This document shows, in pieces, positions 39,014-49,073 of a stretch of DNA of 64,000 nt (position 1 is its first letter; each line of letters starts with the position of its first letter). The stretch lies in IMG/VR virus record IMGVR_UViG_3300009184_000002; one strand, written 5' to 3'. Below the pieces are notes generated by a model. The model was not told where the DNA came from. It saw only the letters and a list, made by a program, of their open reading frames with translations, and searched no databases. The DNA is from an uncultured virus (IMG/VR IMGVR_UViG_3300009184_000002) (Duplodnaviria; Heunggongvirae; Uroviricota; Caudoviricetes). The position numbers and the translations under genes were made by a program.

Positions 39014-40150
39014 ATGTCAACAACGACACATGCCGTACTATCAGCCTCTTCTTCAAAAAGATGGTTGACTTGTACACCAAGCGCTCGACTCGAGCAAACT
39101 CTGCCAGAACCAAAGCGATCTATCGGTGCATTTGACTTTAGTCAAGAAGGCACAATGGCTCACTCTTTGGCAGAAGTTAAATTACGCCACCACTACAATC
39201 AAATTAGTATTGAAGAATACGAAAGCGAATATGAAATCATCAAAAACACACCCTACTACAACGACGATTTCGAGGCTCACGTTGATAATTACGTTCTATA
39301 TGTCCGTTCTCAAATCGGTGAAAGCGATACCCCGTTATTTGAACAGCGTGTGGACTTCAGTGATTGGGTACCTGACGGCTTTGGTACAGCCGATGTGGTT
39401 ATACTTTCTAAGCACGCCATTCGAGTCATCGACCTCAAGTTTGGAAAAGGCATCCCCGTCTCGGCGCAAGACAACCCGCAACTTAGGCTCTACGCGCTTG
39501 GAGCGTATAGCAAATTTAAAGAAGAATTTCCGGAACTCAAGGAAGTCAGCTACACAATCCACCAACCCAGACTTGACAGTATCAGTACCGACAGCACCAC
39601 CGTCAGTAAACTTATCGACTGGGCCAGCTACTTCGTCAAAGCCAAAGCGAAAAAAGCGTGGGCAGGCACGGGCGACTTCATCCCCGGCGACCACTGCCAG
39701 TTCTGCCGTGCCAAAGCGCAGTGCAGGGCGCGCTCGGACTTCAACAACGAAATAGCAACATTAGATTTCCGTCCAGCACCATTGTTGACAGAAGAAGAAT
39801 TTGATGTGGTATTATCTCGTGTAGCAGACTTAAAAACATGGGCTAATGATGTTGAAGAATTTGCAACACAAAGAGCAATTAATGAAAACATTGTGCCAAC
39901 TGGATATAAGTTGTATACTCCAAAAGGTAATCGTAAGATTGCAGATACAGATTTGGCGGCAACAGTGCTTACAGAAAAATTAAATATCAACAAAGATGAT
40001 TTGTATGAAGTTAAATTTAAATCTGTGGCACAATTAGAAAAGCTTGGACAAAAAGGTCAAGTTGCGGCAACATTAGGTGCATTGATTTTGCGTCCAGATG
40101 GTAGTCCAAGGTTAGTTAAAGATGAAACTTTAAAGGCAGATTTTTCATGA
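39014..40150 (+). CDS. DUF2800 PD-(D/E)XK (Cas4-like) exonuclease
   Basis: HAVLSASSSKRWLTC, FGTAD, VIDLKFGKG, NPQLRLYALGA, HCQFCRAKAQC. Confidence 0.88.
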   Translation: MSTTTHAVLSASSSKRWLTCTPSARLEQTLPEPKRSIGAFDFSQEGTMAHSLAEVKLRHHYNQISIEEYESEYEIIKNTPYYNDDFEAHVDNYVLYVRSQIGESDTPLFEQRVDFSDWVPDGFGTADVVILSKHAIRVIDLKFGKGIPVSAQDNPQLRLYALGAYSKFKEEFPELKEVSYTIHQPRLDSISTDSTTVSKLIDWASYFVKAKAKKAWAGTGDFIPGDHCQFCRAKAQCRARSDFNNEIATLDFRPAPLLTEEEFDVVLSRVADLKTWANDVEEFATQRAINENIVPTGYKLYTPKGNRKIADTDLAATVLTEKLNINKDDLYEVKFKSVAQLEKLGQKGQVAATLGALILRPDGSPRLVKDETLKADFS

Positions 40151-40290
40151 GCACACCTTTAATAATTATTTCAACTCTGATATACTTGGGCGTAGCAGTA
40201 GATCAGTTTATGAAAGGTGCTGTAGGACCCGGAGTAATGTTTTTAGGGTACACTGTAGGAAACTGTGGTATACTCTTGACAGTACGGTAG
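40147..40290 (+). CDS. Small membrane protein (not in ORF track)
   Basis: MSTPLIIISTLIYLGVAVDQFMKGAVGPGVMFLGYTVGNCGILLTVR, coupled by ATGA. Confidence 0.55.
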   Translation: MSTPLIIISTLIYLGVAVDQFMKGAVGPGVMFLGYTVGNCGILLTVR

Positions 40291-40343
40291 AGATTGGCGC
40301 CGTTGAAGTCCAATCAAAATTAGTAAATAAGGAAATCAGTCAA

Positions 40344-40862
40344 ATGGCTACAAAGAATCCTCGTGTTGTAACTGGTAAAGTTCGTTTCTCTTACACCAAT
40401 GTGTTCACTCCTTTAGATAAGGGCGATGGCAAGACACCTAAGTATTCTGTGTCTATCATTATTCCTAAGTCTGATAAAGAAACCATTGCTAAGATCAACA
40501 AAGCTTTTGAAGAAGCTAAGACATTGTCCGCTGGTTATTTCGGTGGCACAGTACCTAAGTTACTCAAAGGTGGCTTGCGTGATGGCGACTTGGAAAAAGA
40601 AGATGGTGCCTATGCAGGTTCTATGTTCATCAATGCCAATTCAGTTAAGAAACCAGGTGTTGTTGATGAAGACATGAATGCAATTTTAGATGCAGAAGAG
40701 TTTTACTCTGGTTGCTATGGTCGTGCAGCAATTGAATTCTATCCATACAATATGGAAGGTTCAAAAGGCATTGCTTGCGGTTTAGGTAATGTACAAAAAC
40801 TTGAAGACGGCGAGCGTCTTGGTGGTGGCGGTGTATCCGCAGCAGTAGATTTCGCAGTATAG
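40344..40862 (+). CDS. ssb: ssDNA-binding protein (DUF2815)
   Basis: VRFSY, KYSVSIIIPK, LRDGD, FYSGCYGRA, GIACGLGNVQK..DGERLGG. Confidence 0.88.
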   Translation: MATKNPRVVTGKVRFSYTNVFTPLDKGDGKTPKYSVSIIIPKSDKETIAKINKAFEEAKTLSAGYFGGTVPKLLKGGLRDGDLEKEDGAYAGSMFINANSVKKPGVVDEDMNAILDAEEFYSGCYGRAAIEFYPYNMEGSKGIACGLGNVQKLEDGERLGGGGVSAAVDFAV

Positions 40863-40887
40863 TAGTTCTCCTTGTGGTAGTACCTTA

Positions 40888-40916
40888 GCCCCGTCGAAGT
40901 TTGGCGGGGCGTTTTT
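40888..40916 (+). terminator. Rho-independent terminator
   Basis: GCCCCGTC-GAAGTTT-GGCGGGGC followed by GTTTTT. Confidence 0.7.
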
Positions 40917-40943
40917 CCCTCCAACATATAACAAAAAGAAAAC

Positions 40944-42818
40944 ATGGATCAATATCAAGAATATATCGCGGCATCCCGCTATGCTCGTTTCCAAGATGAC
41001 AAGGGTCGTCGTGAAAGCTGGCCAGAGACAGTAACCCGTTTTACAGATTACATTTTTGCTCGTACACCAGCAATTACAGAAAACACCGAATTAAAAGCCG
41101 AGTTGTATAACTCTATTGTTAACCTTGAACTAATGCCATCCATGCGTGCCATGATGACGGCTGGAAAGAGTGCCGATCGTGATAATACTTGTGTGTATAA
41201 TTGCTCTTATCTTCCTGTCGATGATCCTAAATCATTCGACGAAGCTATGTTTATTTTGCTCTGCGGTACAGGAGTTGGGTTTAGTGTTGAATCGAAATAT
41301 ATCAATCAGTTGCCCGAAGTGCCCGAAAAATTGTTCGAGTCAGAACACACCATCTCAGTCCACGACTCCAAAGAAGGATGGGCAAAGTCATTACGTCTAC
41401 TCCTCGCCAACCTCTGGGCTGGAGAAGTCCCAAAGTGGGACGTGTCCAACGTCCGCCCTGCCGGAGCACGACTCAAAACTTTTGGTGGAAGAGCTTCCGG
41501 GCCGCAACCATTAGTAGATCTGTTTGAGTTTACTGTAGCTACATTTAAACATGCTAAAGGTCGTAAGTTGCATTCACTAGAGTGCCATGACCTAATGTGT
41601 AAAATTGGTGAGGTAGTTGTAGTAGGTGGCGTACGTCGCTCTGCAATGATCTCGTTGTCTGATCTTGATGATGAAAGGATTCGTCATGCTAAAGCTGGTC
41701 CATGGTGGGACACTGCACCTCACCGTGCACTCGCCAACAATAGCGCAGTTTATAATGAGACACCTACCGTTGGAAAGTTTATGGAAGAATGGCTTTCTCT
41801 ATACAATTCACACAGCGGAGAACGGGGGATATTCAACCGTGAGGCTGCGCGTAAAACCGTGGAAAAGTACGGTCACCGTGATCCTAATTTTGAATTCGGA
41901 ACTAACCCATGCTCAGAAATTGTACTTCGGCCTTACCAATTCTGCAACCTTAGCGAGGTAGTAGTGCGTCATGACGACACTAAAGAAATCCTATTGCGAA
42001 AAGTGCGGCTTGCCGCCATCCTTGGTACAATCCAATCCACCTTCACAAAATTCCCCTACTTGCGTAAAGTGTGGCAACGTAATACTGAAGAGGAGCGCTT
42101 ACTTGGTGTCTCGCTCACAGGAATCTATGACAACAAACTCTTGTGTACACAAGGAGAGGAATTAAATGTTTTATTGGACGAACTTAGAGAATGCGCTCGA
42201 GCAACAAATACAGAATGGGCGAACGCTCTCGGAATCCCTATCAGCGCTTCTATCACATGCGTCAAGCCAAGTGGAACAGTATCCCAGCTCGTTGATTCGG
42301 CGAGCGGCATCCACCCTCGCCATTCTAAATTCTATATCCGAAGAGTGCGAGGAGATAAAAAAGATCCTCTCACCCAATTCCTTGTTGGACAAGGAGTACC
42401 AGCTGAAGACTGCGTTTACAAGCCAACCCAAACTACCGTCTTCAGTTTTCCACAAAGAGCCCCAGACGGACTTGTCAGAGACGACATCACCCCAATCGAC
42501 CACCTCGAGCTCTGGCTTACCTACCAAAGACACTGGTGCGAACACAAGCCGTCCGTCACCATCTCTGTGGCGGAAAAGGACTGGCCCAGTGTCGGAGCGT
42601 GGACATGGGACCACTTTGACGAAATCAGTGGAGTTAGCTACCTGCCCTATGACGGAGGAACCTATCGCCAAGCCCCCTACGAAGAGTGTACGCAAGAAGA
42701 GTACGAAAAGCTCAAAGCCAGCATCCCAGTCGTTGACTGGAGTGCCCTCAGAGAAAACACCGACAACGTAGAAGGTGCACAAATGTTAGCTTGCAGTGCA
42801 GGAGCTTGCGAGATTTAA
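40944..42818 (+). CDS. nrdJ: Class II (adenosylcobalamin-dependent) ribonucleotide reductase
   Basis: YNCSY, GTNPCSEI, FCNLSE, TCVKPSGT, C-terminal ACSAGACEI; no beta-subunit gene nearby. Confidence 0.9.
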   Translation: MDQYQEYIAASRYARFQDDKGRRESWPETVTRFTDYIFARTPAITENTELKAELYNSIVNLELMPSMRAMMTAGKSADRDNTCVYNCSYLPVDDPKSFDEAMFILLCGTGVGFSVESKYINQLPEVPEKLFESEHTISVHDSKEGWAKSLRLLLANLWAGEVPKWDVSNVRPAGARLKTFGGRASGPQPLVDLFEFTVATFKHAKGRKLHSLECHDLMCKIGEVVVVGGVRRSAMISLSDLDDERIRHAKAGPWWDTAPHRALANNSAVYNETPTVGKFMEEWLSLYNSHSGERGIFNREAARKTVEKYGHRDPNFEFGTNPCSEIVLRPYQFCNLSEVVVRHDDTKEILLRKVRLAAILGTIQSTFTKFPYLRKVWQRNTEEERLLGVSLTGIYDNKLLCTQGEELNVLLDELRECARATNTEWANALGIPISASITCVKPSGTVSQLVDSASGIHPRHSKFYIRRVRGDKKDPLTQFLVGQGVPAEDCVYKPTQTTVFSFPQRAPDGLVRDDITPIDHLELWLTYQRHWCEHKPSVTISVAEKDWPSVGAWTWDHFDEISGVSYLPYDGGTYRQAPYEECTQEEYEKLKASIPVVDWSALRENTDNVEGAQMLACSAGACEI

Positions 42819-42823
42819 AAAAA

Positions 42824-42886
42824 TTCCCGATCGGGAAGATTTGCTTAAATATTAAGCAAAAAATCCAAAATATTCCCGATCGGGAA
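42824..42886. promoter_or_regulatory. Triple palindrome upstream of DNA polymerase
   Basis: TTCCCGATCGGGAA at 42824-42837 and 42873-42886, flanking TTTGCTTAA-ATA-TTAAGCAAA. Confidence 0.65.
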
Positions 42887-42944
42887 ACTTGTGTTATATT
42901 ACATTTTTAACCGCAGATTCGTCTGCTTGCCATAGGAGCATCAT

Positions 42945-44864
42945 ATGATTTACAGCATTGACTTTGAAACCCGCAGTAGAGCAAATCTTCCCGATGTCGG
43001 TCTAGACATCTATGCCAACGATCCAAGCACAGAAGTTCTGTGCATTGCGTTTGGTAACACCATAGAAACCGTTAAGGTTTTACCTCCCCAAAACCCCGCA
43101 ACAAACCAACTCTGGCCACTGATGCAACATGTCAGTAAAGGTGGCAAGATCCAAGCATGGAACGCCATGTTTGAGTACGCCATTTGGAATTGTGTCTGTG
43201 TACCTAAGTACGACTGGCCACCCCTCAAGCTAACCCAGTGCATTGACACCATGGCTATTGCAGCTTGCAATAATGTGCCACAAAGCTTGGATGAGGCTGG
43301 TGCATTTCTCAATGCGGAATACAAGAAAGACCCTATTGGCAAGAGGCTTATTATGAAGCTGTCTAAACCCAATACCAAGGGATTGTTTAATGAAGACCCC
43401 GAATTGATGAAACAGCTGTTTGATTACTGCGCTCAAGACGTACGCACAGAAATGGCTATAGGAAGCGTTTTAAGGGGGCTTACAGAGGTCGAACAAGCAG
43501 TCTGGGAGGCTACCCAACGGATCAACCTTAGAGGCGTTCCTGTGGACGCTAATGAGCTCCACAACGCTGTCCTAGCTGTGGCAAGGGCACAGGATGCCAT
43601 CGACAACGAATGCGTCGCCTTGACGGGTTTTAGAGCGTCTGAGAGGGATAAATTACTGGGTTGGTTAAATGCCCATGGCATGGATATGTCCAACATGACC
43701 GCTGAGATGGTTACAGCCATGTTGCAACGCACCAATTTAACACCTAATGTACGGCGTGCTTTAGAGTTACGCCAAGAAGGAAGCCAAACTAGCGTGGCTA
43801 AGTACGCTAAGATGATGGAGATACAACGTGAAGGACGGATTAGGAATACACTGGTATATCATGGCGCTAGTACTGGCCGCTGGGCGAGCCGTGGTGGACT
43901 CAATTTGCAGAATATTGCTCGTCCCACACTGTCGGATGAAGACATTAAATCTGCAATACCAAGAGTATTTGGAGAAGGAGTGGGAACGCTCACTGAGCTC
44001 TCGTCCCTTGTCCGGTCGAGTATTGTTGCCCCGGAGGGGAAAACCTTCGTTGACGTGGATTTTAGTTCAATTGAAAACCGAGTTGCGTCGTGGATTGCCG
44101 GGCAACAAGACAAAGTCGAACTCTTCAGACAAGGGCTAGACGAATACAAAGCATTCGCCAGTAGTTCGTTGTACCAAGTGCCATACGATGAAGTCACCAA
44201 AGACATGCGTCAGATCTCCAAGTCAGCGGTGCTTGGTTGCATGTTTGGACAAGGCTACAAGGGCTTGGTGAAGTATGCTGAAGGGATGGGAGTGATGCTA
44301 TCCGAAGGACAAAGCAAACAAGCGGTGGACGCTTATCGGACAGCTTATGCGAAGGTGAAAAACTGTTGGTATGAGTGTGAGCAAAAAGCGATGGAGGCTG
44401 TTAGAAAACCTAACGAGGCTTTTCAAGTTGGCAAGCTAACCTTTAAGTACGCTAAAGATGCGTTATGGATGCGTCTACCAAGTGGGAGGCTTATCTGTTG
44501 GCGTGACCCCAAGGTCGAGAAGCAATTGACTCCATGGGGTGCTCAACGGGACGGCATCACTGTCCGCAGTCAAAACACTTTCACTCGCCAGTGGAGTAGA
44601 AATAGTCTGATTGGTTCTAGTATCTTCCAATCCGCTGTTCAAGGCACGGCTAGAGATATACTCGCCGAGTGTACGCTGTCCCTCGAGACGGCTGGATTTG
44701 AAGTTATCAATTTGATCCATGACGAAGTCCTAATGTTGGCAGATGAAGATAAGGGCGAGGAGACACTTGCTACCGTGACTTCTATTATGACTACTCCACC
44801 AAAGTGGGCGCAAGACTTCCCACTAGCGGCGGAGGGTTGGGTTGATAAGCGTTACAGGAAGTAA
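42945..44864 (+). CDS. polA: DNA polymerase family A (3'-5' exonuclease + polymerase)
   Basis: SIDFETRS exo I, DFSSIENRV motif A, RQISKSAVLGCMFG motif B, IHDEV motif C. Confidence 0.92.
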   Translation: MIYSIDFETRSRANLPDVGLDIYANDPSTEVLCIAFGNTIETVKVLPPQNPATNQLWPLMQHVSKGGKIQAWNAMFEYAIWNCVCVPKYDWPPLKLTQCIDTMAIAACNNVPQSLDEAGAFLNAEYKKDPIGKRLIMKLSKPNTKGLFNEDPELMKQLFDYCAQDVRTEMAIGSVLRGLTEVEQAVWEATQRINLRGVPVDANELHNAVLAVARAQDAIDNECVALTGFRASERDKLLGWLNAHGMDMSNMTAEMVTAMLQRTNLTPNVRRALELRQEGSQTSVAKYAKMMEIQREGRIRNTLVYHGASTGRWASRGGLNLQNIARPTLSDEDIKSAIPRVFGEGVGTLTELSSLVRSSIVAPEGKTFVDVDFSSIENRVASWIAGQQDKVELFRQGLDEYKAFASSSLYQVPYDEVTKDMRQISKSAVLGCMFGQGYKGLVKYAEGMGVMLSEGQSKQAVDAYRTAYAKVKNCWYECEQKAMEAVRKPNEAFQVGKLTFKYAKDALWMRLPSGRLICWRDPKVEKQLTPWGAQRDGITVRSQNTFTRQWSRNSLIGSSIFQSAVQGTARDILAECTLSLETAGFEVINLIHDEVLMLADEDKGEETLATVTSIMTTPPKWAQDFPLAAEGWVDKRYRK

Positions 44865-47800
44865 CTACTCATTAAGGGGATAACGTTCTGTCCAGCTAAC
44901 TAACATTTCTAGCATGTTTTCTAATTGGGCAGTATTTAACTCAGGCATTGAAACAAAATAACCAGGGCCTTGTAATGTATCTAACATGTAGCGAATGTTA
45001 GCTGTATGATTATCTCGGTCTTGGTTTATTAATGTTCCAATAAGGTCATCGTGTATATATCTAGGTAATCTAGCTTCCGGTCTTTGACTACCTCTTAAAA
45101 TACGCATATCTGTCTCATATGGTTCTATCATTTGATCTAGATTAAGATTATCTGCAGCAATATCGTCTGCGTGAGCTAAAAGAACATCTCTTTGCAAATC
45201 AGTTGGTCTTTCTGGTCGGAATTGTTGCGCTGGTTCGGCTTCAAATTGTTGAGCAACATTTTCTAATTCACGACCGGGTGTATGCAAACCTTCATCTCGT
45301 AAACGCTGAACAGCTTCCATAACAGTACCATGAGTATAGTTACCCATACCATATTGCTCGGGGTGATAATAAATATCATTGTTAACAGATTGCATTACAT
45401 CTGGATCACCGTTTGCATATTCTTGTAAATATGGATCTTCATAAGTAAGGCGAAGTTGTTGACTAAGCTTTTCATAAGCCTCTTGTGTAGCTTGTGTGCC
45501 TTTTCTTTTTGGCGGTTCTGACAAATCAATACCCAACTCAGTTGCCTTTAAAGCAAAATCATCCGCAGTAAAAAATCTTGGGATTAATTTTTCGTCAGTT
45601 ACTTTATCAAGGAAATTTTCAACAGTATTAACATCCCAATGAGAATGGTTGTCCATAATATTACCAATGGTATCGTAGGTACGAGTCAGATCACCCACAT
45701 TAGGTAAATGATTTAAATCACGAACATCAGTTAGTTTGTCACCCATACTATTTAACCACTGCACCATTTGAGGAATATATTCTTCTTTAATATCCCCATT
45801 ATCTTTACCTTTCATTTCTGAAATGGATTTTACATTTGCAATAGGAGATAATGCTAATACATCTCTTAATTCGTCAAATTTACTTATAGCCGAGCGCACT
45901 GCGTTCTCTTGACCTCGTCTATTTATGTCAGCACTAAACTCATCAATTTGATCGGGATGGTTTTGTAAAATCCACTCATAAATAATACCTTCCCTATCTC
46001 TATTAGTTAATGATTTTTTGTCTAAATCTAATTTTATTGTAGCTTGAGAAACACCTTTAGGATCTTTTAAACTAGCAACTTCAATAGCACCATTTTTAAG
46101 ACGTTTTAAATAATTATATTTGTCATACTCTACTTTGCCACGAGGAGGTTTACCTGTGTGCGGTACTAAGTATGGACCGTGACCTTGGTAATCTTGAGTA
46201 CCATGACAACCAGCACCAATACATTGATTTAAGTCAATAGTAATTTGACCTAAGTCACGAGCAGTCATGGCTTCATCAGCGTTTGCCATCTCTGGTGTAA
46301 TGATGGTCATTTTAGAACCGTCATCAAAAGCCATAGCAGTTGGCATTGCCGCAGCACGCTTTGGAACCCACTCTTCAGCACCTTTTTTACTTAACTGAGC
46401 TTCCTTAAACTCCGCCGCTTTATCTTTAATCATTTGGCGAGTTACTGTAGCAGGTGTGACATTAGACAACTTAGCTGGATCTAAATTACCAGAAATTAAA
46501 TCTTGGAATACTTGTTTTCTAATTTCTTTAAATCCAGTGCGATCTTCGGGATCATTTAAAAAATCAGAAATTAATTCATTTCTATGTAATTTAGCTGAAA
46601 CTGGAAAACCTTTTTCTGGTCTAAATGAATACGGTCCCTTAGCATAAAGGGAAGCATCCAAATAGTTTTCATATTCCATTCCTTCAGGGGTTGTTGCAGT
46701 TATTTTACCAATTGGTGAGTTTTCTAAAGCCGCCAGTCTTTCTGGTGTATCTGTATAACCGAATAATTTATCGGGAAAATCTTCTCGCCTACTAGCCGCA
46801 CGTTTTGTTATAGTATCTATTTCAAAATCTCTAGGAATTTGTTGCCCAAATATTTCATGGGCAGGCATACCACTTTCGTTAACAGCTTGTAGCAAAGGAT
46901 CTGTTGCAACACCAGTACCCATTTGGTTAGTGATATACTTTTGATATGGACCCATTACCCATGAATTGTAAAGAGGTAATGTTTCTGCAATCTTACTTGC
47001 TGTATGTAATTGTTTATCAAAATCTGGATTTATATCTGCAGCACCAATTCTTTTAGTGTTATACAATTCTGCAAATTCATCCGCTATTTTTTTACTTAAT
47101 TCTTCATTTGAAAGATAACGATCTGGGCTATTTGGATCAAGAGCTAAACCAATACGCTTTGTTCGATAATCCTCAAAATCTGCTAGTAGTTGACGATTAT
47201 CTATATTGCGAGGAAAATGCTTTTTTAACTGAGCTTCAAAAGCAGCTGTAGGATCGTTGTATTGAACTTCAGATAAATGTCTACCAAGTTCACCTTGTTC
47301 TTTCAGAGGAGCAGTACTGCCCAAATTGGTAGGCCAGTTACCACCCTTTGGTTTAACAGCGTACATTGGACCACCAGCAGTTGCTAAACCACTAAGGTTA
47401 GCGCCGGGTCGCATACCATAAACCTCAACACTACTCTCTGGGTTCATGTACATGTCGTATGCTTTTTCAGCAAGCGGACGGGAAAGATCACCAGCTACAT
47501 CAGTAAATTGAGCAGCACGAGAACCGGCAGTAGGGTACTCACGTTGTACACCAGCTTTAGCATTTGCATAATCCATTGGAAAGTTACGGAAGTCTTCAAT
47601 GGCTGTTCTACCAGCAACACGAAGGTCATCTGGCGTAAAACGTCTACCACCCTGTGGCACCCACAACTCGGGCAATGGTCCAACAGCCTCACCTAATTTA
47701 CCAATGCCTTCACTGATATCTCTACCAGCTTGTGTGGGTGGGGTGTACTGCATAGCACGCATGGCTTTAGCAGTATCAGCATTGAAGTTTGCAGTTTGGG

Positions 47801-48125
47801 GATTTACAGCTTGATTGCCAATTCCATATGCCGCGGAACCAGCGAGTTGAAATGGTGCCAAGATGGAAGGCATTAAACCTTGGACAAAAGATGCTCCGGG
47901 CATTCTTTCCATGGCAAATTTAGCCAATCCAGTAGGATCAGATAAATAATTGTTTTTTGTTTGAGCAACAGCTTGTTGTTGACGCAATGCTTCTTCACTA
48001 TTAAGCTGGGCACGCATCTGAGCTACATTGGCTTCGTTGCCAGCTTTAGGCTGGTTGTAGCCCGGCGGAAGTGCATCTAAACTATCAGCAACATAGGCGC
48101 CGGTGATAGGATCAATATATGCCAT
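44865..48125 (-). CDS. Large internal virion / ejection protein with PcfJ-like segment
   Basis: 1086 aa, last gene of the late operon. LNQCIG...IEVASLKDPKG..QATI...ISEMKGKDN resembles the PcfJ-like domain. Confidence 0.55.
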   Translation of the reverse strand: MAYIDPITGAYVADSLDALPPGYNQPKAGNEANVAQMRAQLNSEEALRQQQAVAQTKNNYLSDPTGLAKFAMERMPGASFVQGLMPSILAPFQLAGSAAYGIGNQAVNPQTANFNADTAKAMRAMQYTPPTQAGRDISEGIGKLGEAVGPLPELWVPQGGRRFTPDDLRVAGRTAIEDFRNFPMDYANAKAGVQREYPTAGSRAAQFTDVAGDLSRPLAEKAYDMYMNPESSVEVYGMRPGANLSGLATAGGPMYAVKPKGGNWPTNLGSTAPLKEQGELGRHLSEVQYNDPTAAFEAQLKKHFPRNIDNRQLLADFEDYRTKRIGLALDPNSPDRYLSNEELSKKIADEFAELYNTKRIGAADINPDFDKQLHTASKIAETLPLYNSWVMGPYQKYITNQMGTGVATDPLLQAVNESGMPAHEIFGQQIPRDFEIDTITKRAASRREDFPDKLFGYTDTPERLAALENSPIGKITATTPEGMEYENYLDASLYAKGPYSFRPEKGFPVSAKLHRNELISDFLNDPEDRTGFKEIRKQVFQDLISGNLDPAKLSNVTPATVTRQMIKDKAAEFKEAQLSKKGAEEWVPKRAAAMPTAMAFDDGSKMTIITPEMANADEAMTARDLGQITIDLNQCIGAGCHGTQDYQGHGPYLVPHTGKPPRGKVEYDKYNYLKRLKNGAIEVASLKDPKGVSQATIKLDLDKKSLTNRDREGIIYEWILQNHPDQIDEFSADINRRGQENAVRSAISKFDELRDVLALSPIANVKSISEMKGKDNGDIKEEYIPQMVQWLNSMGDKLTDVRDLNHLPNVGDLTRTYDTIGNIMDNHSHWDVNTVENFLDKVTDEKLIPRFFTADDFALKATELGIDLSEPPKRKGTQATQEAYEKLSQQLRLTYEDPYLQEYANGDPDVMQSVNNDIYYHPEQYGMGNYTHGTVMEAVQRLRDEGLHTPGRELENVAQQFEAEPAQQFRPERPTDLQRDVLLAHADDIAADNLNLDQMIEPYETDMRILRGSQRPEARLPRYIHDDLIGTLINQDRDNHTANIRYMLDTLQGPGYFVSMPELNTAQLENMLEMLVSWTERYPLNE

Positions 48126-48128
48126 CAG

Positions 48129-49073
48129 TTACCTTCTAAAAACTAAACCGCCAGTTGCATATTGAGCAGGTTGTTGCTCATTCCCTTGTTGTGGCTGACC
48201 CCTACGCTTTAAGTATTCTTGGTAAGCCCAGTCAGCACCATGAGCACCGAGTGAGAGTGCACCCATAGGAATGGTCAATGGTGGGTACAATGACGCAGCA
48301 CCAGCTCCAGCACCAATAGTACTTAAAGCTCCACTCACATTGTCACCACGGTTAAATTTGTTGTAAGCATCAGCAATTTCATAAGGCATACTAAATGCTT
48401 GTAACCATGGGTTTGATTTAGATAAAGCTTTACCGCCCAACTCACTAGCCATTGAACCGTACTTACCAAGTCTACCCATAAGGCTAGATTCTTTTAATTG
48501 TTGAGCAATCTGGGCATCTCTTAATGCCGTAGCAGTTGCTCGCTCTGCTTTAAGATCTGGTGGAAGAATAACATTTCCACTTGGACTAATAGAACCACCA
48601 GCAGCCGGACCACCGGGGCCGATTGCACCAGTCATGCTTTGAGCTTGCTTTAAGCTTTCTTTAGTCATTTGTGAACCAGTAGGCGAAATACCACTCATGG
48701 ATTTTGTCCAATTTACATCCGCATTTGGTGTTGCAACACCACGGTTCTGTATCATTTGATTTTGTTTAATCAAATCAGACAACACTTCATTCTGAGTTTT
48801 TTGATTAGATACTACATTTTCTATGGTCTTAGGTATGTTTTTAAATTGGTTAGCAATCTCCACACCTTTTTTAGTAAGCAGAGCCGCTTCACCAAGACCA
48901 CCAGCAATCACTGGAGGGAATTCTTCACCAGCTTGCTTTTTGGATTGAGCTTCAAGATATTGAATTTGATCGTAAATTCCTTGAGCATCTTTATGAGCTT
49001 GGGCATCACCCGCTTGGGCTTTAGCGTCAGCGGCACGAAGAAGTTGTTGCAATTCTTGAATGTTGTCACTCAT
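48129..49073 (-). CDS. Internal virion / ejection protein
   Basis: G/A-rich hydrophobic C-terminal helices; ends QYATGGLVFRR. Confidence 0.55.
   Translation of the reverse strand: MSDNIQELQQLLRAADAKAQAGDAQAHKDAQGIYDQIQYLEAQSKKQAGEEFPPVIAGGLGEAALLTKKGVEIANQFKNIPKTIENVVSNQKTQNEVLSDLIKQNQMIQNRGVATPNADVNWTKSMSGISPTGSQMTKESLKQAQSMTGAIGPGGPAAGGSISPSGNVILPPDLKAERATATALRDAQIAQQLKESSLMGRLGKYGSMASELGGKALSKSNPWLQAFSMPYEIADAYNKFNRGDNVSGALSTIGAGAGAASLYPPLTIPMGALSLGAHGADWAYQEYLKRRGQPQQGNEQQPAQYATGGLVFRR

Noticed and set aside
39014..40150. Cas4 as part of a CRISPR system
   Set aside because: DUF2800 nuclease in the usual nuclease-SSB-PolA replication context.
42166..42782. Long alternative-frame and antisense ORFs inside nrdJ (also 39126-39755 in the nuclease and 34096-34593 in the helicase)
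   Set aside because: No RBS or recognisable motifs; explained by local C-ending codon bias of the main gene.
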